Below are positions 47,399 through 62,800 of a DNA stretch of 64,000 nucleotides, one piece after another. The first letter of the stretch is position 1; every line of letters starts with the position of its first letter. A model generated the notes under the pieces. That model did no database searches. It was given only the letters and a program-made list of their open reading frames with translations, and was not told the origin of the DNA. A program made the translations under genes and the position numbers. The stretch spans positions 21,080,001 through 21,144,000 of the forward strand of contig OZ281499.1 in the NCBI GenBank assembly GCA_965637545.1. The letters are read 5' to 3'. This DNA comes from Phallusia mammillata. Its lineage: Eukaryota.

Positions 47399-50300
47399 GT
47401 TCATTTTTCTGTTTGCTGGAAACAGTAAATGACGGCATATTTCTGGGACGCATATGTCCAATACGAAGGAAAAATAAGGGATTTCTAATTCTCAAGTTGT
47501 AGAGGATTACCACCCAAGCGGGATTTTTCAAACCTAACAATGGGTTTAGCGCAATCGGGATAATTAATCTTGGTATCAACAAACAAAAAAGTTGATCCAA
47601 GTTTCGAAATTTGAACAAAACACAAAAATTAAACCCCAAGAAAACTCATCTGAAACCATATCGGTGTCTTACTTAGAGATGAAATTAAACATTTTTTTAA
47701 TAATTAGGTTTGGTGTCACAAACGAAGAACACATCCCTGGTCAGGATTTGAACTCACACCATTGCACAGATGTAATCAGTTACCGGTCCATGTGGCATAA
47801 AACGGTAAATCACAGCGATCGGAATTCAGTTTACAAGGTGGGATTTCACATTGGCATAGTATAGGATTAACCCAGCATGAGTGCCGATCACAAGCTTTGA
47901 CAGGAGCAAAACAAACACTTTGTGTTGACAAACGAATGTCGTGTCTACCAGATATCGTTGCGTGTTTATTGCTCGTCTAATTCCATACGGGTGGTCGTCG
48001 ACCACCACGAAGTTTTCACGGGTTCACACTAGTTTAAAGCAATTTGATGTTGTGAACTTGTGATCTCTCGGCATTAAAAGTTATGTTAAAACCTTTTACT
48101 ATTAACCAAGTATATATGTATATATATCTGGCATCTTCAGTTCCTTACTCAAATAGAATCTATTAAGGAATCTGTTTCTCCATACTTACAGTCACCATTT
48201 AGATTATTACCACGAAAGATATAATAACAAGTGCCATGGCCTGGCTATACTAACCTATACGCTTAATGCCTTATCATTACGGCAAATGTCACGGCTCTCT
48301 AATGGTAACAGGGCGTTTATTTAGACAGAATTCAGTCTTTATGCCTTGTTACACGTCAACGGATGGTAAGTCAAGCTTTGTTCCGTATTTTTCTTTTGGG
48401 AAGATCGATCGATTACTGATTGATCACTAATGTGTCAAAGTTTTCGCTTCACTAAGAGTTATGAAACAAATAAAACCGATATGCCAATGCTAAACCTGTT
48501 ATTGTTATCAACAATTTTCTGTTAGTAGAAAAAGATCATTTGTCTGAGTGAAAAGGTTATAAAATAACGGTGTTACTAGAGTGTTTAAGCTGCATAAAGT
48601 TCGTCCCTCCTATCGAATTGTGGTCCCAAGTAAACGCCACATGTAAAATTCCCGCAATTCACACGAAGTATACACAGCGGAGGCAAAACAAACACAATTG
48701 CCCGACAGTGAATGTAAACGTTTACGAGTGCCGGTTCACAATATTATTGGGCGCCGCCGAATATACTGTAAATCCGCCCATAGGTTTCCTAGCGCTAACA
48801 AAGTGCTTGTTATTCCACAGTACACAATGCCCGTAACTGTGCTCGGCAGTTTAAGACATAATATAGAATCAATGTGCGCGTGTATAGCTTTGATGGATAG
48901 GGAGTCGACCTAACCTCAGCACACTCCACAAATCAATCAGTGGATGCTAAAAGGCGGCATGAACACATCGGTTTCTTTTGTGATGTTTCATAACCAGACA
49001 CCAGGCCGGGATCGACACGCGTGCGGTTTCGTCGGAACGGAAACTGGTTGCGTTGAACATTACGCCTACTCCAAAAGTGTTTGCCGACGGGAAAAAAATT
49101 GACAGTTTCATGTTGACATTGGGTACTTTGCCAGATTGGTTTTCAACGTCCGAATTCCAGAAAATTACTGACACTTAACGGTTGACGTACAACGATTTAA
49201 TCTAGATTTACATTTTGCTTCAACTCAGCCCATGCCTTGCAATTTTTACTGATGTTTTATTGGTTTAAACAAAAAACAACACTGTCTAAAAGACTGGATA
49301 CGTTGTCATCAGTGCAAAATGTTACTTCTTTACAAGTTTACAACATTTGATCAAGCTACTTAGCAAGTCCATATCTAGTGCAGCGTTAATATATTTTTTT
49401 AGTTTTTAAACAGGAACAAATATTAAAAATCATGGACACGCCGGCAATGTTTTCTGCGTTACAGCAGCCTACACTTAAACCCACTTAAAACACCCGAGTT
49501 GTGTGGCAAATCCATTAAGAAAACGATGAAGGCGCAAAGGATATACAACTGCCCATATGACCCAATCCACAACCCACAATCACCTAGAAGCGCAATATTC
49601 CAGTTCCAACAGTTCACGCGACGCGATAGTGACGTCACAACGACCACAGCGCGAACTTCCTGCTGGTCACGTGAGAAAACCTGCCGGAAAAATCACACGA
49701 CCAGAAGGAAACGTCACTTGATCAAATCACAAGAAATCAGCTGCCGTCACAGCAATTGTTGACGTGACTGGTTAACAGATGGTGACCGGGCATTGCTCAG
49801 ATATCAACATGCAAATTGAGGACCATAGAAATGTATCAAGTCAAATACGATGCTGTTATCAAACATGTTTATTTCCGTTTGTATTTGAACGATTTGGGAA
49901 ATGAGTATTGTACAATAAGTGTGAGATCAGACGGATATAGAAAAATTACTCATTGAGTGTCCAATATGACTTGCAAATAAGGGACATGCAAATTAGGTCT
50001 CCAAAAGAGTATGAATATAGGTCCACCAATTTTGGGTGATGCATTTCCAAAATCAAGGCGAACTACAAAACCGAACCCAACCTCAAATTTTCATGAAGAA
50101 AAACATTTTAACAGGCTGACTAGGCATATACTCCACTAGTGGCCCAAAGCCGTCTTTGCCAAACAAAAACGTAACATAATGGACTTTCTGGCACGATATT
50201 CCATAACCATTACAAATAATAATAAAACGTACAACGAAACTATAAAGTTGGGTTTATAAACATTTTCGTCACTGTTATTCGAATTCCTACGTTGTGTGAA

Positions 50301-53300
50301 AAAATATTTTTACTAGCTCAGGTGCGATTTTAAAGACTATTTATTTGCCTTTTCAAACTCGTTATTGTGAACACATCACAACTACACGTGGGGAATAATT
50401 TACACCCGGCAAAAGCCAGTTTGTACAGCTGTGAGTAAGGCACGCTTTTTCTCATAACTGCCGCAGCGCGCAACATAAATTCTCCGGCCAATTTACAACT
50501 GTTTTAAAGAAGCCCACACACTGATGCTATGTCAACAAACCGGTCACGTGATTAGGTTAACTGACAGCTGAAGAAACACGTGTTTTACTCATTCCATAGC
50601 ATATTTGTATCGTCCGGAAATTGGCATTTATCTGTGTGTTAAAGCAATCAGCCACAATTCGTCATCAGAGCACAAGAGGTTCAACAGTTCATGACCTTTT
50701 ATCTGTACGTTACGAAAACATGTAGGAAATGAACGATACAGTTTTGGGAACCTTGGTTCGAAACCCAGCCTAATTGAAAAAAGATTCATAATTTATAATC
50801 AACATGATTTATCAACGAAACTAAAATCGAATTTTCTTTGGAAAATAAGCGCCCTAACAATAACGATTATACTTATAATTTGTTTTGAAAACAACGTCTT
50901 TAATTTTTGGAACAACGGTGCAGTTGCAACACGTAAGCAGCCATTCGGTAATTGCGCCCTTCATACTTTGTCGCGCTTAATTTTGTGCAGCTACTTCCAA
51001 CTTGATTTTTAGCGCATTTGTTCTGCTACGATTTTTCAACCGGCGAGAAAAAATCAAAACTAGAAAATTATCACTATTGTTGGTTGGCACACACGAAATG
51101 TTTTCTCGACAAGCTGCTAGTCAAAATATAAAGCATGTCATCATTAGTTTCTGGTTTATAATTGGAACCTAGTTTTGGACCGAAAACAAGGCTGCGACAC
51201 AATCAAGATTTAATCGTAGATAGCCTTGTCATTTTCCAACTCGAGACAGCAAGTAGCTAGAACTGTAAAAAACAAGTGAGGAATGTAAATGTCACCGCCA
51301 GTCGCAAAGTCACAGATGGAAATCCCGTTTTGCACCTTTGACGCGACAAACTTTGGACAAGACGCGACGCATGTTTAATACGACACACAAATACATGGCA
51401 ACAGATGATAGGAAGTTAAACATGCAGTGATATGAGCCATCGGTCACCGAACCTGTAAACTGTAGAACAGCTGTTTGGAATTGATCATCATCCACACTTG
51501 TAAAATAACGTGACACGAATTCTGTCACACTTTTTTCGTGCACAGTGACTTTGCTCTCATAAAACAGTACAAAATAACATGACATTATTAAAAGGGTTGT
51601 AAATTGAACCTAGTTAAAAAGTGGGCAACATCCTTACAAACGTATCAAAGAGTTTTGGAAAACAATAGTCTCACAAATCATAAATGACAATTCTGAACAA
51701 AATATCGACACACGGTACACTTATTTTCTGTTTACAAAAAGCAAGTATGCATAAACCACTTTATACCCAAGTAAAGTACATCGAAAAAATGTCAAGGCCC
51801 GTCTACTCAAAGTGGCGGAAGGTCTTTCTGGTATGTCTCAAGAAACAGATGTTATTGACCAAAAGTCTGCCAACTTACTTGCGACGTGCAAAAACAAGGC
51901 CCTATCCTCTATTTTATATCGATTGTAAAAATCACACGTCATTGTTGTAAGGTTGTGAAACACTTTTGGTCAATGTTTTGAAGTCATTCAAATCATTGAA
52001 ACAAGGAAAGAGACCCGTGTCATTTTAAAAAGTCTAGGAGAATCCTAGCAAAGTCCAACTGACGGTACATTTATAGTGATATCGTAAAATCACATTTCAT
52101 CATTGATAGAGTGTTGCAGACGGGCAACGTACTCTGTGACAAACCAATGCACTTTGAAATAGTTGTTGCACAATACACGTCGTGTTACTCACTGCCTATC
52201 AATCCACATCGATGTCAACACATAAGTACCTTAGGAATACAGAACGACAGCCCAACACCTAACGAACTAAAGGTCAGTGACCAGTAGCAGACCGCCCAAG
52301 GCGAGATATAGGGGATATGGGGCTACGCACGACTTCCATTCTTCAACAAGACAGAGGGTTTCGTCTTGCAGACTTTGCGTGATGAGAAGTAGGAAACGTT
52401 ATCATTTGCATTTTATTTATGGAAACTCACATACACGAGGCAAGTGATTCTCAAATTATGTGCCGTGAGAAACCTTCGAGGGTGCCGTAAAAAATGCGGA
52501 GTGCATGCAAGTCATTATTTTTTGGCGACTGTCGTTGAATAACTCGTATTTTTTATTGTACCGAACGCGGTCTGACCAAACACAAAATTTGCAAAACATA
52601 TTTTTCTTTAAACACTTTTTTAAGTTTGCCTGAAAAGTGTGCTGTAAGACTGTGTTCTCTATGTTTTCTATTGTAAAATCATCAAATTGGGAAAATAAAC
52701 CCGTTTCAAAGGGAAAGACATTTGAGTAAGCTTTTACATGGCAATTTTTACCAGAGTGCCTAAAGTGGGCTAAGAAATGCAGAAGAAACATAGACATTTC
52801 ATTGGATTGAAAGTTTTTATTTATTTGTATGGCTTTTTTGGTAACATCACGTCAGCAATATGGAACACTTTGAGGTGAATAATCAACGTTTCTCGCAAGT
52901 TTTGTCTCATGTGAAAACCGTGAAAGATTTCGGCGCGAAACCGGTTCGTCAATGAAATCAGAATAAACTCACACATTTCAAAGCTCAACAGGCGACAAAC
53001 GAAGTCTTCATGTGGTTTCAGGTTTATTTGTCTTTGTCAGCAGCAGGAATGCCCGTATGTCGGATGAGAGGGACGTGCCGCCACGGAGACTTTGGTCGGG
53101 TTTCGTGGATTTTCAGTCGATTAAGATTTGTGGCTTGGCCGATCGCTTTGAACCCAGGCTAAAAATGCTCGAGTGGTGACCCCTGTTTGGATGATCCACT
53201 GACAAATCGTGCGTTTGTTTTACATTGCGGTGAAAACAGTGACGGTTTATCTCGACAGTAAGAGAGTAAATTTAACAAAGTTTGTTTTAATTTTTTCGTG

Positions 53301-53812
53301 CTTTTTTTCATTGTACCTGATAATGCTACAAAATACGAACGACTTGATGCAAGTTGTAAAAGTAAAATCACCAGAAACAATTAAAACAAGGAGGTTCAAT
53401 ATGTAAACTAAAATTTACAACTATGACGTCATGCACTTGCAATACATTTTTGGTAATAAAACACTGTCACTTTGTTTACGATATAGACCAGAATTTTCAA
53501 GAATAACATAATTGGTTTCATAAATAAATCCAACAAATCATACACATTTTTGGATGCAAACGTTGTCAAAAATCACACACGCACGAAACCCGGAGAAACT
53601 GAAATCAAAACCGACAGTAATAGAATTTACAGACATCCAATCATCGCAACTACAAAGTTCGAGGGTAATTAGCACTGAACCTGAAACCACAAAATGAATT
53701 CTCAGTGCCAAAATGTCAACGGACGTGAATACAACGCTGTTAATGATCCATGGAAAAATGAAATCACATCGTAGCACTGATCTACGGAATACATGATCGA
53801 ATTGCCTTTTTC

Positions 53813-53887
53813 GGGGCGGGGATACGAGTTTAACAACCAATCAACATCCATCTAGGGCGCATGCGCACTAAACTAGGCGGGAGAAAA
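53813..53887. promoter_or_regulatory. Candidate housekeeping-type promoter (GC box, CCAAT, NRF1, E2F-like)
   Basis: GGGGCGGGG 53813-53821, CCAATCA 53837-53843, GCGCATGCGCA 53857-53867, GGCGGGAGAAAA from 53876. Confidence 0.5.
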
Positions 53888-56800
53888 TTGCATATGACAA
53901 CGTTTTTTGAACTTTCTAAATGCCTGGCATCATGAATCATCACAAACCGCTACTAGATGCCTAGAGAGTTGGTCTAGACTGGATTGGTCATGGGAAAAGT
54001 TCAAAAATAGCCCAAATGCCCGGCAAAGTTTCGGCGAAAAAAGGGCTGCGTTTTACGTATGTTTGGGGCGAGTGCCATAAAACTATGGTGAGAATGAGAT
54101 TTATTTGCTGATGTCATTGTTGGGTGTTTTCTGCTGAGTCAGGGATCGTGTAAACAATTCTCAGGGGATTTAGGGTGGGGGTAAACCAAACATATTTGGG
54201 GAAATTACGCTTGGATTAAATTTATTTTAAACGTGAACTGAGCAAAGTTTAAAGTTCTAAGACAATTCAGGTTTTCTTATTTTGTTTCCAATAAATATTA
54301 AGATTTTAATACATTTTTAACGCGATGGATTTTTCTAAAAATCAATTATTGTGGCTAAAAAGCTTTTAACTAAATTATAGAACTAATATGAAAAAAAATA
54401 TTTAGTTGATCAACTACTAAAATTAAGTTTATATTGCTAATAAATTTTCAAACAAAAACGCAAAACTTTTAAATGATAAAACTGTTTTAAAACAAAATAA
54501 ATGTTTAAAAACATGTGATTAATTTTCCTCAGCAATTTTTCAAAAACAAACAAAAACTGATATTCCCAAACAAAAACCAAAGCTCGTTTCTCAAAACAAA
54601 ATTGTTTTCTCCCGTATGACCAAGTCTCTACAACTCACAGTCGTTCATTTGGGGAGTAATAACTGAAATGATGGTTGGTTAAAAAACTAAAGTGGATTAT
54701 TTTTTGTGCACATGAATCAGAACGAATGTTATGAGACGATTTAGAATTGGAATAGCAACGGCGAGATAAATTTGGACGATAATCATACAAATGTACGTAA
54801 GGGATTTTTAAATTTGTAGTGGTCATGCGAAAGTGAATAATTTGTAAATGGAATTACCCACTTAATGCCCATAAGGGCCCGTGGTTACGTTTTTGTTGTT
54901 TTTTAAGGCATTGAGCGAAATCAGTAAAACAGTTTAGGCATGTACCTTAAATTACACAAATATATGAATCGTTATGTGTTACACCGATGCATAAAATTAT
55001 CCAAAGCCTATTTGTGACAGATATTTTTGTTTTATAATATGCAAGATGATTTAAAAACATAACCTATATACTTTATTGGTGTCTTAAAAAAACCTATTGG
55101 TCCTTATATGGAAGATACCTCTTTGTTTGGGTTTGGTACTTCATTCCGAAATAATCACATAAGTCTATTTTGATCTTTCACAACAACGGAATAACACCAA
55201 GGTAAACTTTGGAATTTCTCAAAAACATTTTCCGTCATAGTTTAGATCACGACGTCACATATCTCCCGGGCAACAACCCAAGCAATCGCAATCAACGCAA
55301 AATACACATAGGGCTGCAAATACCAAAAATGCTTCGAATAACATTTATTAAGTAACAAACCGCACCATTACGACGCCAAGTTAAATCGACACGCGTCATA
55401 AACGGCATTGTGACGTCACACATTAGGTACACAAATCCCGCTGATATGCCAGATAATGTGTAATGTTGCTTTGTGGACATTAGCTTAGCGCGTACAAACA
55501 CTCTTCACACTTTAGGTCACTGTAAATCTCGGTTAATGGACAAAATTCTACAACTCCAGGGCAATGCATTCCCAAAGTGACGTAATTTGACTCGAAGGTT
55601 TGTGACCAGGGGTCGAACTTTTTGCACCAAGGCAATAGGTTTAAAATAGCCAAGTAGGTAATAAACAATCAATTGAAATGCATTAGTTTCTCAATTTTCT
55701 TGAACTTAAGATTTAAGATGTGAGAAACAGTTTCAAGTGTGTAGCGGTTTCAAGGTCAGGAGAAGTTTCCTGTACATAACTGTACGGATGACATAATGAA
55801 AACTCGATCCAATTTTAGTTATCCAATTTTATATTTAACCTTACTCTGTTATTATTTAAAAAATTCTAGGACATAAATAGGATTTCTAAAAATTGAATTT
55901 TGGCATTTACATTTGTATCAGAACATAAAAGGGGAATAAAAAAGTCTATGTCCAATTTTAATAGGGCAATAAACCAGTTCAAAGATTCACAAAAGCGTGT
56001 ATTACTATTGCAAAAATCCATTAAAAACTAGTAACATTTTGTCGTCGCAGAAAATAAAGTGGCGGTGATGAGTTTGCACAACACAATCAGGCTCAAAATT
56101 TTCGAAAAAAAAGTCAAATTTTACGTCAAGTTTCTAAACATAACCCACATCCATTACATCAGGTTGTCAAAGTCAAAAACAGAATATGACAACATACAGC
56201 TTTGTTTCAAGTATTCGACAGACGCTATAAAATACTTTCGACCCGTTCGTGAAACAATTTCGGACTTCCCATCATCGTATATGGTTATGTTAACACAATA
56301 AACGTGTGCGTTGTTGTTTAGTGACGGAACTATTGTAATAAGTTACCGACGGTTACGTAAGCAAAGCAAATTTGCTGACATCATTTAGTTTCCCATGACG
56401 AAAGGGAACTAAAACTTATCATTATCTTTCAATGAATGGGTTCTGGTGTTGGTGTAATACCGTATTATAGTTTGAAAAAACAGTTTCATGTTTTACCTGA
56501 GCACCAAAGCATCTTTTGGTTATTATTCAAAAGGAATACTTGGAGTAACACCTAATTAACAGTGTAGGTTCAATAAAAATCCCATACATTTTCTGGCATT
56601 AAAAACAGGAACTCCAAAGGGCCTTAAAATGATAACAATCCGGCAGTATATTTTGGCAACGATAAGTCAAGCAACATCAAACCCACAATCTCTCTATCAC
56701 CTTAAGCAATAGACAAAGATACTAAATCGCAAAACCAAAAACCGATATGAACCATGACACGAAGGGGGATCACCGACCACACACGCATAAAAATAGTTCA

Positions 56801-59800
56801 CCAAAGTCGTAAATAGAAATGAGTAAAAATCCCTGAAGCTCAGCACCGTATATATCGACATAAGCGGTCGAGTCACTTCTGGATTGGTCAAAGGGAAAGG
56901 GATGGGACAGCTCCATTAACCGCAAATAAATCTGTATATATTACTGGTAGTTATCACAGGACAAACAACAGCTATTTTGTACACACTACGGTCCCTTTTA
57001 CTATCGGATGTTTAAACTGAGTCAACAGAGGGACGCTTTTTTCCGCAGCCCACTTCACACATTCGCAACCCGCTGTCAATCACTCTCTCGCTCCACGTTA
57101 AAATTGTTACTCATTGTTTCGTTCGCCTACAGCATAATGACGAGGTCGGGACTCCTTATATGGTGAAACCGGGCACCACAGGTAAAACATGACACCTGTT
57201 ACGTCATACTGGGTCGCGCGCGCTGTTTTGTTTGCTAAGGGGAAGTCGAAACCGAATTTCCCATAGCGACGTTTGTTGGCAAATAGTTGTGCGCTTGCGC
57301 GCGATTGGAATTCAAGCTGCGGAATTCAAAGCAAAAAGACTAAAGATACTCGATTGGTTTAACTGAAAAAGATGTTTGTCGATCGTCAGAGGAAAATTTG
57401 CAATTAAAATCTAATTTGTAATAAAAAGCACTCATCTAGTCATTTTGTATAAATAATGTATTCTTAAATACACGAAATGCCTAATCTAACCCTTTACGTT
57501 ACAAAGAATCAGAGTCAGAATAAATCAGTAGCTGTCTCATTAAACTAAAGTCCGAACCCGACCCCAAAATGCCCAGCCCGAAATACAACTCTTTAATAAA
57601 CAGGCTTGACAAAGGAATATAGTGCTATTAATGATGTCAAATTTATGTGTCGAAAAGTTTTTAACATGAATAACACTGTGAAAATGTTATGAGTTTTGAA
57701 CGTTTCTTTTAAAGTAATGAATTGAATTTTAAAACAAAAGGAACAGAATTATTTTAGGCGGCATTTACAGTAAAATGCACAGGGATGTTTGCGATTTTTC
57801 AATTAGGTTTTAATTTCCAAAAACAATTTGTATCTCATTCTCATGATAACATACATCAATAATGTTTGCTACAAGCATAACCAACCATCAACGTTATAAA
57901 AGTATTATCAGGAACTAACATCGTTCCATATAAAAAATACACATCAGGTGGTTAAATGGTCTTAGATTTTGTTGACTATTTCGGAAATTCAAAAAAAGCT
58001 TCGAAAGACGTCTGATAGACAAGCGTGTTGTTATGTTTGTTGATAGTCTGCACAGCGATTTAGGAGAAAGTCACTTCTTGCCTTGCAGTCTACGCAAACT
58101 GTGTGACCGGTTAGGAATTGGTTTTACGTTGCGGTATTGACGTCAAATTTGTGTTCTTGAGTCTAACTGTGGAGCTAAATTAAACTTGAATAAAATAATT
58201 TCTAAGCCGCACCATAAAAGGTATTGTCCTATACATATGACACAAAAATTCTTCTAAAACGCAAATTTTTGGCAATTCCAAGTCTGTTTGGTGACTGCGA
58301 ACCAATTGCCCTAAGCGTTTAAAAAATCACAAGTCAAATAGGGTCACTGGATTATCAGAAGGAATTTTCTAGAGCTGTCATTGGACAAAAAGATTTTTTT
58401 AAAACGCAACTAACCGTAAAACACGCCCGGTCTTTAGACCATCTGCACACCTGCTAACCCGCTTCAAGTGTTTAAAACCTGTAACCTTGTCCCTCTGTTA
58501 TATTCGGGTGCAGGAGCGTGCAAATTTTCTGCAGACGAGTCGTATGCCTCGGTTGACCGCCATTCAGTGGAAAACCAAGCCCAACGCCACGCGTTTTTGT
58601 GACAACCGCATTACTACTACTGTTACGGGTTACAGACGCTCATTTGACGCAATTACACGGTTTATTGCATACGCGAGTGCAAAATACGTCTAGTTGTGGT
58701 TTGCTAATTTGGTAAATTACCATGGAACCGCATTTAGGCATTAAACTGCTTTATTTACTCGTAATCGGCAAAAAATGCTTTTTAAAATCATTTACGCCAG
58801 GCCAAATATGAAGACGTTAAAACGACGTTGACTCGAGTTGGTACAACATACGGCAAGTGTGTTTGCTAAATTAAGATTAAGAATAAGGACTACACGCAGA
58901 ACCGAGTTTAATATTGTTGAGTATATTGGAAAAGGAAATGAAAACGTTGAGTATATCAAGTTCCCATTGTAATATGGTAATGAAATTGTTTTCGCCCAAA
59001 CCCTTTTAGTGGATTTATTAACGAATATTTAGGAGAGTTGTTGATCCGGTTCAACAGAAATAACAAACGCATCCTGTGTTGACAACAATAACGCTTGCAC
59101 GACCTCGAACATACTCGGGACCAAATAAAGTTAACCACAATAAGATCAACTCATCACACGATGCAAACACGTGTTTAAAGGCAACTTTACATGGTAAGGC
59201 AAAACAAGACGAAATACCAACCCGTTGGCAATGACTCGAAATACCGCGCCTAATTTTCGCCGACCGAGCCGTCCGTGATTCCGTTAAACTATGAAGGATT
59301 TAACCCCGGTGGCAAGGCAAGTCTTGTGGGTTTGTACGGCGGCTGGACAGCGTGAATAAGCACCAAACCGACGTCCTGCAACTGGCCGCTATTCCCGGTT
59401 GAGTCAGGGCATTCGGCGGAACAACTCACTTAACCTGGAATGCTACAATTACTCAGAATCTGAACTGACATTTTTGCAGTCTATGTGTTGAGACTAAGAG
59501 ATGGGTATTCACAAATCAGGGTGTTCCCCCACGATAATGGCCTGATCCGAATTTTTGTGCTGGTTTTTAAAGGTTTTTGATCTGCGTGCTGTTTTCATTC
59601 TTTTGAAACCGGTAGTAAGAACTAAGAAGCAAAGAAATACAAAGAATAAAATGATTTTGTACACAAATTTGTAAGTTTTTTTTTACCAGCCGATAAAACT
59701 ACGGCTGATTATTTCCTACGACTATAGTTTTTTAAACAAATCGCTCGCAAAGACGTCCCTTGGAAAATAAAATAAAATTGTACGTGTATAACATCATCCA

Positions 59801-62800
59801 AAATCTATCTACTGTTCAAAAACTACTGCACACGTTTTGGGGGACGAATTAGTCGAGTATACATGACTTAATTGCTTGGGTTATGATAGAAAGCAATAAA
59901 TTGTTGGGAATTGACTCAAGAAATAAAACCCCGGTATTTTCCCTGATTGTGATTATTAAGTGGGTCATTATCACATGACGAGCCCCCGAACATATGTGGG
60001 TCGAGCAGAGGGGCATATCTGTCATGCGATGTTGTTTGGGGTGACAATATCACAATGACACACCCGCGTGGCAAAAACGCGAGTCTTTCATTAGACTCTG
60101 TTGATATCAAAACAATATGCGCGTCTCTTGGTCTGCCTTAAATGGATGCAACTGGTGTGATGTTCGTAAACTCGCTATTTTTTCTCTATGAGCAAATAAT
60201 AATCAGAATTGGTTACTTATCATAAGAGAAACGCGTTTATAGTAAAGCCAAGTTCAAAAAAAAAAGATTTTATGACTTGGCATAAGAAGGACAAGAAATA
60301 AGTCGAATTTATGCAAACAAACGGGGGTTTTGTACAACCAAGTTAGAAGTTTATTGTCCTTTTGCAAATATCACCTCTGGTGATAACCGTACGTCAACAC
60401 GCATGTAATGCGAAAACTTTGGTAGACGATGAGACGCAATGTCTTTACAAAAGACCGCGGGAAATCGTTTATTAATATGGATTTAGTTGCTGGTAAAGTG
60501 GCGCCAGGGAACTAAATGATTTGACTATAAACTTTAAACTTGTATCCAGAAATAAAACTTAACCTTAAACTTCATGTGAATTCGCACAAAAATGACAAAA
60601 GTTAATTTCGAACAAAGCACTTTGTCTGGGTGTAACATCTTGTCAAGCAAATGGCTCAATGTTAAATCGTCGTAATCATGTCCAACAGTCGTCACCAGTT
60701 AATGTTTCAATCAAAATTACACGGAATTTGACCGGGAATCGAGGCCGAAACCTAACATTTTCGGTTCTGCCCAAAGTAATTACAGGACGAACGCGGAAAA
60801 CCGTGTGTGGAATAAGATTTGCGAAAAAATGGGACTTTTGTTCGTGAAGCCAAAAGTAATATTATCAACCCTGTGAGGTTAAAAAATGATAAAATATGTA
60901 CCAACAGCAAAAATAGAATCGAAAGTAACGAGAAACAAGTCAATATATTTTTGAAACACAAGCATCAGTAAAATAATAAAAGTAAAAACCCAACACGGTC
61001 AGAGCCTACTTTTAGATGTGACACTCTGTAATTAAAATTTCCATGAATTCTAGAAATTATTTTAAGTTAGAAAAAGAAAAGTTTCTACGTGAAGTGTTTT
61101 TTGTTCAAATTCTTACTACGAAACATATTTAGTCATTTGTATTTATTTTACCGTACACAAAACAAAAACTTAACAACATTTTGGTATTTCGCCGATGACT
61201 AAACACGTATTATGTATTACAGGATCAGTCCTAATCTACGAAACTACTGTAACAAATCCATATAATCGCCGCACGAAACGCAAGATAATAATAATTGCAA
61301 CTTAAAGTCTTTAGTAAGATCAGACAACAGTGTCAGTGTTAATATTCGAGGCTGTGTTAAATCCAGGCGCTCAAAACATGATTCAGACATTGGGAACCAG
61401 TTCGGGATACGATGATTAGGTATAGTGGTTAACCTTATATTATTATGTCGATCATTACAACATACCTGCTTGTTTGAACCAGTACAACATAAAAACACAA
61501 AATTCAATCCATGTACACCAAGAGAATGATGCAGATTTCTAACTTTGGTCGCGTTGAAGACCAAATAGTGAATGGTGCTGGATTTAGACTTAATGCCGAA
61601 GAATGTACTTTATCACCGGGTCGTCGTATGGGAAGTTTAACTACTATTCTAATACAGGCAACAGTAGGAAAAAGAGCGAGTGACTAGAGACACTGATGGC
61701 ATTGATAAAGGTTTATTCATTAACTGCGGATATATATTTCAACGTGACGAAGATCAACTTGGCAACAATAAAGCGGCGTTGTCTGAAGCAACCAACCGGT
61801 TTTAAATATGTGGTTTACAATATTCATTAAATAAAGGTCATAGTGTAAAAAAATAAATTATTTAAAACCTGTGTCCTGTGCTAATAAATCTGTCATTAGT
61901 GTGACAACGTTGTTTACTAGTTCATTACTCAGTTTGTGTTAATTAACTTTATCAAAAGACTTGGATTCAAAAGGACTGTTATGCATTGATTACATAGCCA
62001 ACAATAAAGCAAATAAGTGGCTTATTTGACAATAAACTTGAGAAAAGTAAAGGCAAAATGTTATGCGCCGCAAACGATATTATCACAAAAAAAGATAAAA
62101 GTTTTCCCACATAAAATACCGCCGCTTTTCTCCCTTTGAGCCTACACCATCGCCTTCTTCAAGTGACAATAATGACACGACTGTCCGATCAACCCACAAC
62201 ATTATACAACCAACACTTTAGTGCCGGCACTTATGTGGTCAAAAACAACCAATCTCTTCAGTTTAAAGTGCTGACACTGGTTCGGTGATGTAACCATCAT
62301 GTATCGGTCGATTAACTCACTTTTCCACCGCAGATGCTGACCAAGATTATGGGTTCTTTGGACAATGCTCATGTGCATACTACAAAAAGTCGTTACTACA
62401 ATCGTTCAGCACGCCCGTGTGATAGCAGAAAATAACATGTTTTAAAAGGTTTCGATATGCAAAATTTTTCGGCGTCCGACTGCAATTTTGGTGATGTTTA
62501 CAAAAGGTCAGTTTATGTGAATTGGATGTGAACGCCACTACTGAAGGCAATTTGGTTTCTAGTCTAAAATAATGCAGTATTTATACTTATCAGAAGAGGA
62601 AATCTTGCATACAATCGTAATCTTCTAAAATCTGACCAGAAAACTTTCCGCTGAACACACATCGGGTTTTTTTACTGTAACATCAGCAAACATGAGGTGT
62701 TCGAGCGCTTTACCCTAAACACGCTTGATCGAAACCGCCACGTACGATTCAAGAAAGCCAGCGTTAGGAACAGGTTTGTTTCCCAGGTACGAAGTGAAAT

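Noticed and set aside
47420-47480. MTAYFWDAY resembling the mariner transposase VFWD motif
   Set aside because: Too short, interrupted by stops, and no other transposase motifs or TIRs.
47735-47800. tRNA or SINE-like B box (GAGTTCAAATCC on minus)
   Set aside because: No convincing A box or cloverleaf; at most a decayed SINE.
50436-50445. TAAGGCACGC, the first 10 nt of miR-124
   Set aside because: The match stops after 10 nt and no hairpin is visible.
50755-50766. GGTTCGAAACCC T-loop-like motif
   Set aside because: Isolated motif without acceptor, D or anticodon arms.
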